Positions 20,694 through 32,600 of a stretch of DNA of 64,000 nt are shown piece by piece (position 1 is the first letter of the stretch; the number at the start of each line of letters is the position of its first letter). The notes beneath the pieces were generated by a model, which made no database searches, was not told where the DNA came from, and saw only the letters and a list, made by a program, of their open reading frames with translations. The stretch comes from Ignavibacteriaceae bacterium (lineage in GTDB: Bacteria; Bacteroidota; Ignavibacteria; Ignavibacteriales; Ignavibacteriaceae): contig JBGAWM010000013.1 of the NCBI GenBank assembly GCA_044227615.1, positions 521-64,520 of the forward strand. Reading direction: 5' to 3'. A program made the position numbers and the translations under genes.

Positions 20694-21644
20694 TTAAATT
20701 GGAGTTACCGCTCTTTTCCCTGAAAGAACAGCAATTACATTTTTGGCGGCAAGTAATGACATATTATTTCGCGCTTCATTTGTCGCACTGCCAATATGCG
20801 GAAGTAAAACAACGTTCCTTAATTTGAGAAATTCTGGTTTAAGTAAAGGCTCATTTTCATAAACATCAAATCCGGCAGCCGCTATTTTGTTTTGCTTTAA
20901 CATTGAAAGAAGAAATTTTTCATCAATAATTTCTCCTCGTGCAGTGTTTATAACAATTGCAGATTTCTTAAGCAAGGTTAGATTACTTTGATTGAGCAGC
21001 TTAAAACTTTTATTATTAAGTGGCAGGTGGATAGAAAGTATATCCGATCGTTTAAGAACTGAATTAAGTGATAATTTTTTTGCTCCATGTTCCTTTTCAA
21101 GAAAAGAATTTTTTGAATTGGAGAAGTAAAGTATCTTACATCCAAAAGCATGAGCTCTTTTTGCAACTGCAGTTCCGATTCTGCCCGCACCGAGAATTCC
21201 AAAATATTTATCTTTTAATTCAACACCCAGAAATAATTTAGGTTTCCATCCAGCAAATTTTTTAGCTCTTACAAATTGTTCTGATTGTGTTAATTTTCGT
21301 GCACAAGATAAAACAAGAGCCATTGTTAAATCAGCAGTTGAATCGGTAAGCACATCCGGAGTATTTGTAACAATCATTCGCTTTCTTTTTGCATATTCAA
21401 CATCAATGTTATTAAAACCAACAGCGTAGTTTGCTATTACTTTACAATTCTTCATTTGATCTATTACTTCTTTATCAATTTTATCAGTTAATAAAGAAAT
21501 AAGTCCGTCACAATTTTTTACTTGTTCAAGAAATTCTTTTTGTGGGATTGGCTGATCTTTTTTATAAACGGAGACTTTAAATCCTTTTTTCTTTAATAAA
21601 AGTATTCCTGCTTCTGGAATTTCTCGGGTGATGAAAATTTTCAT
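20694..21644 (-). CDS. D-2-hydroxyacid dehydrogenase (glyoxylate/hydroxypyruvate reductase-like)
   Basis: GILGAGRIG NAD-binding motif, plus NTARG and PHIGSAT catalytic-region motifs. Confidence 0.85.
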   Translation of the reverse strand: MKIFITREIPEAGILLLKKKGFKVSVYKKDQPIPQKEFLEQVKNCDGLISLLTDKIDKEVIDQMKNCKVIANYAVGFNNIDVEYAKRKRMIVTNTPDVLTDSTADLTMALVLSCARKLTQSEQFVRAKKFAGWKPKLFLGVELKDKYFGILGAGRIGTAVAKRAHAFGCKILYFSNSKNSFLEKEHGAKKLSLNSVLKRSDILSIHLPLNNKSFKLLNQSNLTLLKKSAIVINTARGEIIDEKFLLSMLKQNKIAAAGFDVYENEPLLKPEFLKLRNVVLLPHIGSATNEARNNMSLLAAKNVIAVLSGKRAVTPI

Positions 21645-21823
21645 AAATATATATTACGTAATGCGGACTTTAGTTTGCAAAAAAGTTTTAATGCAAAATG
21701 AATTTATTATTCACTTACCAAACACATAACTTAAAGGCACAGTCACAAACTGATTCGTGACAGCCTAATAATTTCATTTCCAAACTTTTCATACACGATT
21801 AGAGCGTTGAAAATAAAATTTGT

Positions 21824-22174
21824 TCATCTCTGCCGCGAATCCTGCCAAATTAATTTTTCATCTGTACGATTGGTAAAGAAATCTGTAATTCTGCCATCTC
21901 CTGATCCACTAAATCCACCGTCAGGGGCACCGATTATATTCCCTTCTTCATCGTAAAGTGTACTGAACTGATCACAGCACTGCGCTGGTACATAATATAC
22001 GATTTTACCATTGTAATTGTATCGCCAAATTGATTGCGGCGGATTGCCGACTGGCTCGCTTTTGAACTGTACAATCAAATTTTCAACCCAATCCGGATTA
22101 TCAGGCGTGGTGGACTGTGAGCAACCAATAATAAAAAAATAAAGTCCGAGCAAAACAAATAATCTGGTTTTCAT
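21824..22174 (-). CDS. small Cys-containing lipoprotein, function unknown
   Basis: Signal peptide with lipobox IIGC and an internal CCD motif. It lies 11 bp downstream of the TIR-like gene, so the two are probably co-transcribed. Confidence 0.6.
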   Translation of the reverse strand: MKTRLFVLLGLYFFIIGCSQSTTPDNPDWVENLIVQFKSEPVGNPPQSIWRYNYNGKIVYYVPAQCCDQFSTLYDEEGNIIGAPDGGFSGSGDGRITDFFTNRTDEKLIWQDSRQR

Positions 22175-22185
22175 TTTGCACCTCT

Positions 22186-23103
22186 TTAATTATCTGTCTG
22201 ATTTAAAAGTTTGCTAATCGATTCTTCAGCCAATTGCTTTGATGAAATGAATGAATCACTTCTCTGATTTTTTATCCAACCATAAACACCTACTTTTTTC
22301 ATTTCAAAGTGGTATTCCTCAACATCTAAAATATTAAGTTCGCCGGATAAACCTTCACGCTTTTGTATTTCAAAGTAAAGCGGTGAATCCATTAACAGAT
22401 TGCTACTCTTGGATTGAAGGTAAAACCTGATTGAAAAGTTTGCATAGCTGAGAATATAATTTCGCTCATCTTTTTTAATAGTCAAGTTAATATTTTTATC
22501 AGTCTCGGTAATTCTTTTCTTTTCATTTTCCAGCGCATTAAATAATTTTTTTAATTCAAGTTCTGCAATTTCAAGTCCGCTGACTGCTTCAAGAAATTTT
22601 GATTTTTCAACTTCAAAGTTCGGTTCAATTTTAGCTTCGGTCTCCAAAATAATTGGCATGTCTTCTTTTATTCCACCACCTAATGACAGAACAAGTTCTT
22701 CAATTACATTTGCAGCACCTCTTACACCACTCTTTGAAATATCTTTCCATAACCTGGATTGAGGCAGAAATTTGGGAATAGCATCTGTTTCATCCAATTG
22801 AATAAAAAGTACAAAATCAAAACCTTGTTCGGAAGCTCTATTTCTAATTGTTTTTTCCTCTATCGCTGTCCAGGGTGTGGTTCCCCATTTATTTCTATAT
22901 AAAACAACAACGCCTCGGGATTGCCTACCAAAAGCATCGGAAAATTTTATTTCAAGATCTGCATCAGTTAAATTTTCCTGCTTTTTTGAATACAGGAAAG
23001 TACTGAACCTATCTTTTATCAAATAATTGATTTGATATGCTAAAGGTTCATCTCTTTGCAAAAACGCAAACGCAACATCATATTTATAAAATGTGTTTTT
23101 CAT
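22186..23103 (-). CDS. TIR-like domain protein with uncharacterised coiled-coil and beta-rich C-terminal half
   Basis: The N-terminus YDVAFAF..RDE...VVVLYRNKWGTTPWTAIEE...FVLFIQLDET.IPKFLP parallels the bacterial TIR family pattern YDVALSFAGEDR...FIS..Y..K.WT.HE...ILPIRLDDT.IPG. No recognisable motif in aa ~130-305. Confidence 0.6.
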   Translation of the reverse strand: MKNTFYKYDVAFAFLQRDEPLAYQINYLIKDRFSTFLYSKKQENLTDADLEIKFSDAFGRQSRGVVVLYRNKWGTTPWTAIEEKTIRNRASEQGFDFVLFIQLDETDAIPKFLPQSRLWKDISKSGVRGAANVIEELVLSLGGGIKEDMPIILETEAKIEPNFEVEKSKFLEAVSGLEIAELELKKLFNALENEKKRITETDKNINLTIKKDERNYILSYANFSIRFYLQSKSSNLLMDSPLYFEIQKREGLSGELNILDVEEYHFEMKKVGVYGWIKNQRSDSFISSKQLAEESISKLLNQTDN

Positions 23104-23276
23104 ACTTTTTCTGCTTTAAGGCAACCTTGTTTGAATGCCAATTATTTTATGATATAGATTACTTTATTTGAATCGTCCATTACAGACGATCAATAAAGAA
23201 TTTTAAATTAGAAGCAATAATTACATAGGCAACTTAAACCTGATACCTTTCAGATTCAAGAAATTATTCTAGAAAT

Positions 23277-23301
23277 AAAAAAGGGCATCGTGGTGATGCC
23301 C
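23277..23301 (-). terminator. intrinsic terminator after katG
   Basis: The minus strand reads GGGCATC-accac-GATGCCC followed by TTTTTT. Confidence 0.7.
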
Positions 23302-23315
23302 TTAATTACACGGTA

Positions 23316-23368
23316 GTCACGGTCGTACCGTGACTGATGGTGCTGTCACGGAATCGTCCGTGACAGCC
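23316..23368. repeat. two tandem GC-rich hairpins sharing the GTCACGG...CCGTGAC core
   Basis: GTCACGG-tcgta-CCGTGAC (23316-23334) and GCTGTCACGG-aatcgt-CCGTGACAGC (23342-23368). Related copies occur at 21742-21765 and 23170-23188. Confidence 0.6.
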
Positions 23369-23377
23369 AAGAGTTGC

Positions 23378-25588
<2,211 letters not shown>

Positions 25589-25609
25589 TTATTGTTAATA
25601 GTTATTTAA

Positions 25610-26035
25610 TTAATTTTTTTTATTCTTAAATGTTCCAATTATCTGAAGCTTAATATCTTTTACTTTAAAGTTGGGAATTTTCTTTTTCTCAAAATATTTT
25701 TCCAGCATATCATTTAGTTCATTATCAAAAAAATCTTCAATCCGTTCTGTATCTTCACAATACAGATGATGATGATTCTCAAGTATAGCATCATACCTCA
25801 TCACATCTTTTTCAGTTTTAACTTTTCTAACTAATCCCTTTTCAACAAATGTTTCCAGGGTTTTATAGATTGTACCAACAGCAATGTTAGGATGATTCTT
25901 TACCACATACTCTTTGATTTTATCAGCGGTAGGATGGTTCTTTAAATTAGTTAACGCTTCAAGAACCGCTACTCTCTGAGGAGTTACTTTTAAATGGCTG
26001 TCTTTTAGGTCAATACCGTGTTTTTCTGTTTTCAT
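25610..26035 (-). CDS. Fur family transcriptional regulator (probably peroxide-responsive, PerR-like)
   Basis: LKVTPQR..VLE.L....HPTAD.I and a HHHLYC metal-site region. It lies 39 bp upstream of katG on the same strand. Confidence 0.8.
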   Translation of the reverse strand: MKTEKHGIDLKDSHLKVTPQRVAVLEALTNLKNHPTADKIKEYVVKNHPNIAVGTIYKTLETFVEKGLVRKVKTEKDVMRYDAILENHHHLYCEDTERIEDFFDNELNDMLEKYFEKKKIPNFKVKDIKLQIIGTFKNKKN

Positions 26036-26280
26036 ATATAAAAATTATTAGATAAGAATTGTTCTTACTTAAGATATATATTTATTTGTCAGATTTCAAG
26101 TTTAATTGCAATGATATAAATTGATATTGGATAGTCTTTAAAAGGATTGAAAAGTAAATAGATTGTAAAGACGATAAAAGGAGTATTAAATTGAATGCGC
26201 TCTAACGATTATTGAGAATTATCAAAAATTTACGAGATAATAACCCTTTCTTATTCAACATTTTCATAAAGAAATTAATT

Positions 26281-26685
26281 CTAGTTTGGGTAATTAATTC
26301 TTGGAGAATTCTCACAACTTAAAAAAAGTACTGTATCTAAAACCTCAATTTCAATCGTGTATTTGCCTTCTTCAACTGTTATTTTTTCGGTTCCGCACCA
26401 GTAACCTCTGTAATGATTGGTTGCGATAATTCCATTTACTTCTGCGCTTGCATCTTCATCGGGTATACCTGTATCAAAAGTAAAACTATCGAATGAAAAA
26501 TATTTTGATGATGATTGGCTTGTTAAATTTCCAATCGCATTATCCGAAACGACAAGACTGTTTAACTGAGAGGTCGAATTATTCTTAAAACTTATCTGCA
26601 CATTTGAAACTTGTTGCTCAGTTGGATTACTGCAACTGAGAAAAAGCAATAAAGACAAAAAGAGAATTAATTTATAAAGTTTCAT
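26281..26685 (-). CDS. small lipoprotein, unknown function
   Basis: Signal peptide with lipobox FLSC. No recognisable motif. Confidence 0.5.
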   Translation of the reverse strand: MKLYKLILFLSLLLFLSCSNPTEQQVSNVQISFKNNSTSQLNSLVVSDNAIGNLTSQSSSKYFSFDSFTFDTGIPDEDASAEVNGIIATNHYRGYWCGTEKITVEEGKYTIEIEVLDTVLFLSCENSPRINYPN

Positions 26686-26738
26686 AGTACTATAACTTTT
26701 ATTAACGGCGTTGAGGCGCGGGTTATAAAGTTTAATGG

Positions 26739-27359
26739 TTACTTAACTTTATACTTACTGTACAATTCTTCTTTTTCTATTTCAATTTTTTCTCGCCATG
26801 CTTTTCCGTGTGTTCTATCTAAGTAATCCATTATTATGGAATTGTATTTGTCCCAATGAAATGAGTTGGGATCGCAGCTTCCATCAAACTCATATTGGAA
26901 CCCATACTTATTGGCAATTTTGTTTATCTCGTAAAGTGGTGCTTTAAAGATTGGCCAACCATCCAAGTATATTTTTAGATCATTGTTTTGAATATCAATT
27001 AACGCTTGTTTCGATCTCGATTCCTCCTCATCTAGAAGTTCGATAGTAATCGTTTTCGATTCATTGGATGACAATATTACAGTATCGATAAATGATGGGA
27101 AATAGGCATACTTACAATTCAATATGTATTTACCAGGAAGCAAATTATTAAATATAAAATACCCTTCAATATCTGAAACAATGGTGTCTCCCATATTTTG
27201 CAAGTAGAGGTCAGCACCCATAACAGATTCTTTTGATTTATAATCAATTACTTTTCCCTTAATAACTGCACAACTATCACAATGACTATTTAAAGAAATC
27301 TGTGAAAATGAATAATCATTTAATAATAATAAACAAACTAACCATGGATTAAATCTCAT
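26739..27359 (-). CDS. carboxypeptidase-regulatory-like (CarboxypepD_reg) domain protein
   Basis: GKVIDYKSKESVMGADLYLQN...SDIEGYFIFNNLLPGKYIL fits the CarboxypepD_reg pattern. The C-terminal ~90 aa are unknown. Confidence 0.5.
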   Translation of the reverse strand: MRFNPWLVCLLLLNDYSFSQISLNSHCDSCAVIKGKVIDYKSKESVMGADLYLQNMGDTIVSDIEGYFIFNNLLPGKYILNCKYAYFPSFIDTVILSSNESKTITIELLDEEESRSKQALIDIQNNDLKIYLDGWPIFKAPLYEINKIANKYGFQYEFDGSCDPNSFHWDKYNSIIMDYLDRTHGKAWREKIEIEKEELYSKYKVK

Positions 27360-27444
27360 AAGATTTTATAACTTTATAACTATTACTTATACTGCACATA
27401 TTTATTGCTTGTGGTACTTAGATATGCGTGCAGATGCGTATCTA

Positions 27445-29076
27445 TCATCCAAACAAAAGCTTAACTATAAAAAGTGCACCAAGCATTCCTGCTGCATCTG
27501 CAAGCAGTCCCGCTGGTAATGCGTGACGTGTGTTTTTAACATTAACTGCACCAAAGTAAACTGCCAGAACATAAAATGTTGTTTCGGTGCTTCCAAAGAA
27601 TGTTGAAACCAAAATACCGATATATGAGTCAGGACCGTGAACGGCCATTGTTTCTGCCATAATTCCCAGTGAGCCGCTGCCGGAAAGAGGACGCATCAAC
27701 GCCATCGGTAATGCTTCTGCAGGAAAACCAATCGGATCGGTTATAATTCGTAAAATTGGAATTAACCAGTTATCCATCGCTCCGCCAGCTCTAAAAATTC
27801 CAATCGCGACTAACATCGCAACAAGATAAGGAATTATTCTAACTGCAATATTAAATCCTTCTTTTGCGCCTTCCACAAACTGCTCATACACTTTAACTTT
27901 TTTTAATGCACCGTATCCAATAAAAACAAAAATCAAAAGCGGGATTGCAAGTATCGATACAGCTTGAATAACAGATTTGAAAACATCGGCGAAAGAGCCA
28001 CTAAAGAATGAACCTAAAAATTGGCCCACACCTGAAAGTGTTACCAAAGCAACGAGTGCCAAAAAAGAAAAGATAAAATAAAAAAATCTTCTGTTCTGCT
28101 TTAACCATTCAGGAAACTGTCCTTTTGGAATTGGAAATCTTTCAAACAATTTGGCTGCTGTTAAACCAACAGTAACGGCACAAAATGCACCGAAGATAGA
28201 TGTTCCAATAATTACCGTAGGGTTAGCACTTCCGGATGCGGCACGGACTGCAATTGCTGTTGCAGGGATCAAAGTCATTCCCGCAGTGTTAATTGCAAGA
28301 AAAGTTACCATTGAGTTTGTTGCAGTTCCTTTGTTGGGATTTAGCTTATCAAGTTCTTCCATTGCTTTTAGTCCAAATGGAGTAGCTGCATTTCCAAGCC
28401 CAAGCATATTCGCAGAAATATTCATAACCATAGAACCAATTGCTGGATGATCGTGCGGTACTTCGGGAAATAATCTTTTAGTAATTGGCTTTAATGAACC
28501 GGCAATAATTTTAATCAGTCCTGCTTCTTCAGCAACTTTCATAACTCCAAGCCAAAGAGCCATAATTCCGATTAAGCCAAGTGCAAGCTCAACCGCTGTA
28601 GAAGCAACTTTCATTGCATCATTAGTTACTTTTTTAAGCCACACAAAACTTATTTCTTCAAAATATAACTGAGCAGGATAAGAATTTTCATCAGTCTCCT
28701 TCTTTAATACAATTCTTCCTGCAATATCATTATCCTTGCCAGCTAATGGAGCAATTTTTTTCCATATCGCGGGTGAATTTTCAGAAACATTAATAATGAA
28801 TTGCCTCTTTCCATCTTTATCCTTCGGGGAAAGGATTACCTCTGTTTCTAAATCTTCAGATAATTCTGTTTGATAAAAAGAGGAAAAAGATTTGGATTCA
28901 ATTTTTAAATGAGCGGTTGATTTCTCTGCACCACCAGTATCACTTTTATCAAAAGAAATTACTGCGTTAAGTGGCTTATTATTATTGTACTTGTTTGATG
29001 AGAAATCGGATATGTCAAGATATGTTGCAGAAACTATTCCCAAAAAAAGAAGGGCAAGCCAGACGTAATTTAACAA
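27445..29076 (-). CDS. nucleoside-recognition (Gate) domain membrane protein, fused SpmA/SpmB-like
   Basis: MLNYVWLALLFLGIV start and two hydrophobic Gate-like modules. The first is interrupted by a ~130-aa soluble insert. Confidence 0.6.
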   Translation of the reverse strand: MLNYVWLALLFLGIVSATYLDISDFSSNKYNNNKPLNAVISFDKSDTGGAEKSTAHLKIESKSFSSFYQTELSEDLETEVILSPKDKDGKRQFIINVSENSPAIWKKIAPLAGKDNDIAGRIVLKKETDENSYPAQLYFEEISFVWLKKVTNDAMKVASTAVELALGLIGIMALWLGVMKVAEEAGLIKIIAGSLKPITKRLFPEVPHDHPAIGSMVMNISANMLGLGNAATPFGLKAMEELDKLNPNKGTATNSMVTFLAINTAGMTLIPATAIAVRAASGSANPTVIIGTSIFGAFCAVTVGLTAAKLFERFPIPKGQFPEWLKQNRRFFYFIFSFLALVALVTLSGVGQFLGSFFSGSFADVFKSVIQAVSILAIPLLIFVFIGYGALKKVKVYEQFVEGAKEGFNIAVRIIPYLVAMLVAIGIFRAGGAMDNWLIPILRIITDPIGFPAEALPMALMRPLSGSGSLGIMAETMAVHGPDSYIGILVSTFFGSTETTFYVLAVYFGAVNVKNTRHALPAGLLADAAGMLGALFIVKLLFG

Positions 29077-29120
29077 GCTAAACTCCTTGGTTTAATTTGA
29101 AGAAAAGCTATTGGATGAAA

Positions 29121-29579
29121 TTAAATCCCTTCTTCCACCAATGCTTTTATTTCGTGTGTATCAAGAATTATTGGTTTTAGATTTTCAATTACTACGTAAT
29201 CTTCAGACTTTGCAGCTGGCGAATACTTAGAACGGTAAAGCTCTTTTACTTGTTCAGCAAGTTTCGGATCGTCTACTTCTTTTATCTCACCGTTTATTGT
29301 AATGTAAGATAACTTGTAAGTGAACTCTTTTGATTTGTCAGTTAGTTTATCACTCGACGAAACTGAAAAACTTCCGGCAGAACCATATTTAACGTGTTCA
29401 TAATTTTCATCAGTGCTGTCAATATATGTGTAGATATTTTTATCAAGATAAACAAAATTGCAGGCAAATTGCATCAACTTTTCATTTGCAAGATGAATGC
29501 AAAGCACACCTGATAAAGCCTGACTCAGCTGTTTTTCAATTTCCTTTATATCTCTTATTTGTGTTAATTCTTTTTTCAT
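29121..29579 (-). CDS. pyridoxamine 5'-phosphate oxidase-like (split-barrel FMN-binding) family protein
   Basis: 152 aa with a beta-rich pattern resembling the Pyridox_ox_2 family. Weak call from sequence pattern only. Confidence 0.35.
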   Translation of the reverse strand: MKKELTQIRDIKEIEKQLSQALSGVLCIHLANEKLMQFACNFVYLDKNIYTYIDSTDENYEHVKYGSAGSFSVSSSDKLTDKSKEFTYKLSYITINGEIKEVDDPKLAEQVKELYRSKYSPAAKSEDYVVIENLKPIILDTHEIKALVEEGI

Positions 29580-29603
29580 ACTTTTAAACTTCTCAGTCTC
29601 CCC

Positions 29604-32600
29604 TTAGTTGATAATGCATTTATTTGTTAATCCGGAAAAGGCACAAACTTTACAGTGTTTAATATTCTTCTCCGAATTTTTCATTCTAATTGATTTGATA
29701 ATATTTGTTATTTCGTCTTCAAGATGTTTTAATTGATTTCTATCGTAGTTAAGTGTAACAAAAGCGTCAGGATGCTTTACAAAAACCAAACTACCCTCAA
29801 AACTGTCAAACTCAGTAAATAACTTACTTGCAATATATAAATAAAATTTCAATTGCATTAAATAATATTCGGAGTGTTTTTTAATTTCTTTCTTTTCAAT
29901 ATCATCAGTTTTATAATCATAAATCAATATTTTCTTTTCATTAAATATTATTTTGTCGATTATTCCGTGCAGATAATAGTCTCTGTCAGCAACATAGATC
30001 TCAAATTCATTTTTGTACTTTTCTGCGGATGAAAGAATTGAATATAATTTAGATTTAGAAAAATTCAGCAAATCATTTTGCAATCTCTGGATAAGTATTT
30101 CAGATATTCTTTCATCTTTTTTATCCGCTCCAAACTCATCGGCAATAAACTGTTCTATCTCAGTTGGATTTATAGATTTTTCCATAGCTTTATGAAAAAG
30201 TCTTCCATATAAAGCTGAATCATAATCTTTAACTTCATTTTCTAATGATTCAAACCTTTCATCATCATTTTCAATATCATGTTCTGCATCATAATCCAAA
30301 TAAGAATTTCTATTTTTCTGTTTATCTGTAAACTTAAAATTCAAATAATCAGAATTAAATCTCCCAAAACCATATTCATAAGTAAGAAGATATTTTAACG
30401 GACACTGGCTGTAAATAGAAACCTTTGAAGCGGAGATAATTTCACCTTTTCCCTGAGAATGCAATGAAGCAATAATTATTTCTGCTTTATCAGCATCACG
30501 AATATCTTCTTCCCGGTCACTTATTTCTATTTCAATATTAGTTGTAATTGGAATGTTGAGATTAATTTGCTTTCGCTTATTTACAAAACTTCCATTTTCA
30601 AATTTTAAGATTTCAAGTTCATTGTTTATGATAATTTCATCAGTTGAAAAATTATTTTTTAATCCTGCTGCCAATAGATTAATAAAAGAATCCTTATTAA
30701 AACTTTCATCTTTTTTAATAGTGGAAGTAATATAAAGTTCATCTTTAGCTCGTGTTACTGCAACGTACAATAATCTTTTCAGTTCGGCATTATTTTTCTT
30801 TTCCTCAAAATAATTATACATCAATGCAATTGGAGCGATATGATATTCATCAAAATAATTTTGATTAATTGGAACTTTAGTTAACAGTCCAAACTTTTTA
30901 TCAACTTTAACTTCTCCGGTTTTAATAAAGTTTGAAATTCCTGCCTCATCCGTTTTGTATAAAAACACAACAGGAAATTCCAATCCTTTTGATAGATGAA
31001 TCGTCATCATCTGAACCGCGTTTGCATTCGATGCAATCGAGGCTTGAGATTCATCAGCCAAACTGGTGATTGAATCTTTTATGAACGCAAGAAAGTCATA
31101 AAGATTCCGAAATCCTACGGCATTAAAATTCCTGGCAATACTTATAAGCTTATTTAAATTGGCAATTTCCTGATCGCTGTCTTTTCGGGATGAAAGAACT
31201 GATAAAAAATTTCTTTCAGTTATTATTTTATAAATCAAATCAGGCAAACTAACAGAACTGCTCATTGAAATATTTTCATTCAGCAATTCACTAATCCTTA
31301 TAATCTCATAATCATCTTTAACAAGATTGAGTTTTCTCCAAAAACTTCTTCCTTTATTTAATGAGATCTCAAAAAGTTTTGAGTCGGATACATTAAAGAA
31401 AGGTGATCGCAATAATCCAACTAAGGCTGTGCTGTTATTTTCATCAGCAAGGAAAGACAGATAATTAAAAACATCAGAAATTGTTTGTCTTTGATAAAAA
31501 CCTCTTCCGCCGACTATCGTGAATGGTATACTGTATTTAAGAAATACTTTTTCAAGATCAGCAAAATATTTTCTTTTTCTTACAAGGATAGAAAAGTCTT
31601 TGTAAGTGTAACCATTATTTTTAGAAAGAAATAAAATTTTCTTCGCAACTAATTCTGCCTCTGAATCTGTATTATTTTCATCCTCTGCTCTGGAAACCAA
31701 GAATTCAACGTGCCCAATTTTATCATCAACCCGCGCACAAACCAAATCAATTGCAGGAACCTCACCCAAATTTTCATCTGGTTCACTAAAAAGATTATTA
31801 AAAACATAATTACAAAAAGCACAAATTGTCGGAGTCATTCTAAAACTATCGGGAAGAATTAAAAGATTTTTTTCACCAACAAAATTCTTAATGTCACTTC
31901 TGGTCAGATTAAATATTTCAATTTCTGCATCGCGAAATTTGTAGATACTCTGTTTCTCATCACCAACAATAAATAATTTACCGCCTTTTAAGTAATCTAG
32001 GATTGGCAGAAATATCTGATATTGAATTTCATTCGTATCCTGAAATTCATCAACCATAATAAAGTTGTATTTTTCAGAAAGTGACTTTTGAACATCTTTA
32101 TTTTCTAATAATAACTTCGTATGCAGAAGAATATCTTCGTAATCAATGAATCCTTCATTTTTCTTTTTGCCTTCATAAATACTAAGTGCATAATCAAAAA
32201 AGTTTATAAGTTTTTTACCGAATCTTGCTAATTCAAGCTCAATTTCTTTATGATTTTCCGGCAGATAAAAACTGCTAAAGCTTTTGATCAATTCTATAGC
32301 TGAAATTATCTCACCGGTTAGTGTTTGCGGTATTTCTCCCTTAAGATATCCTTGTTTTCGGATTCCATACTCTTTAGTAAAAACTAGTGATCTTAATTCA
32401 GCTATTTGGTTTAATATTAAAATCAAATCGACTTCAATAAGTAACAACTTAAGTTTGGAATCTATTTCGTTCGCCCTTACGTTTTTAGAATCTATTTCTA
32501 AAACGGCTGAGTTAATTGCGTTTAGATTTTTAATAAATACACTTTTACTCTTATTCCAGATGGTTAAGAAGTTTTTAGAAAATTCATCAAAGAAAAAGTT

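Noticed and set aside
28151-28450. 99-aa ORF antisense to the nucleoside-recognition membrane protein, and similar antisense ORFs at 4264-4467, 15899-16207, 39107-39551, 43395-43990, 54298-54636 and others
   Set aside because: All are embedded antisense in longer, motif-supported genes and have low-complexity or Ser/Pro/Ile-rich translations.
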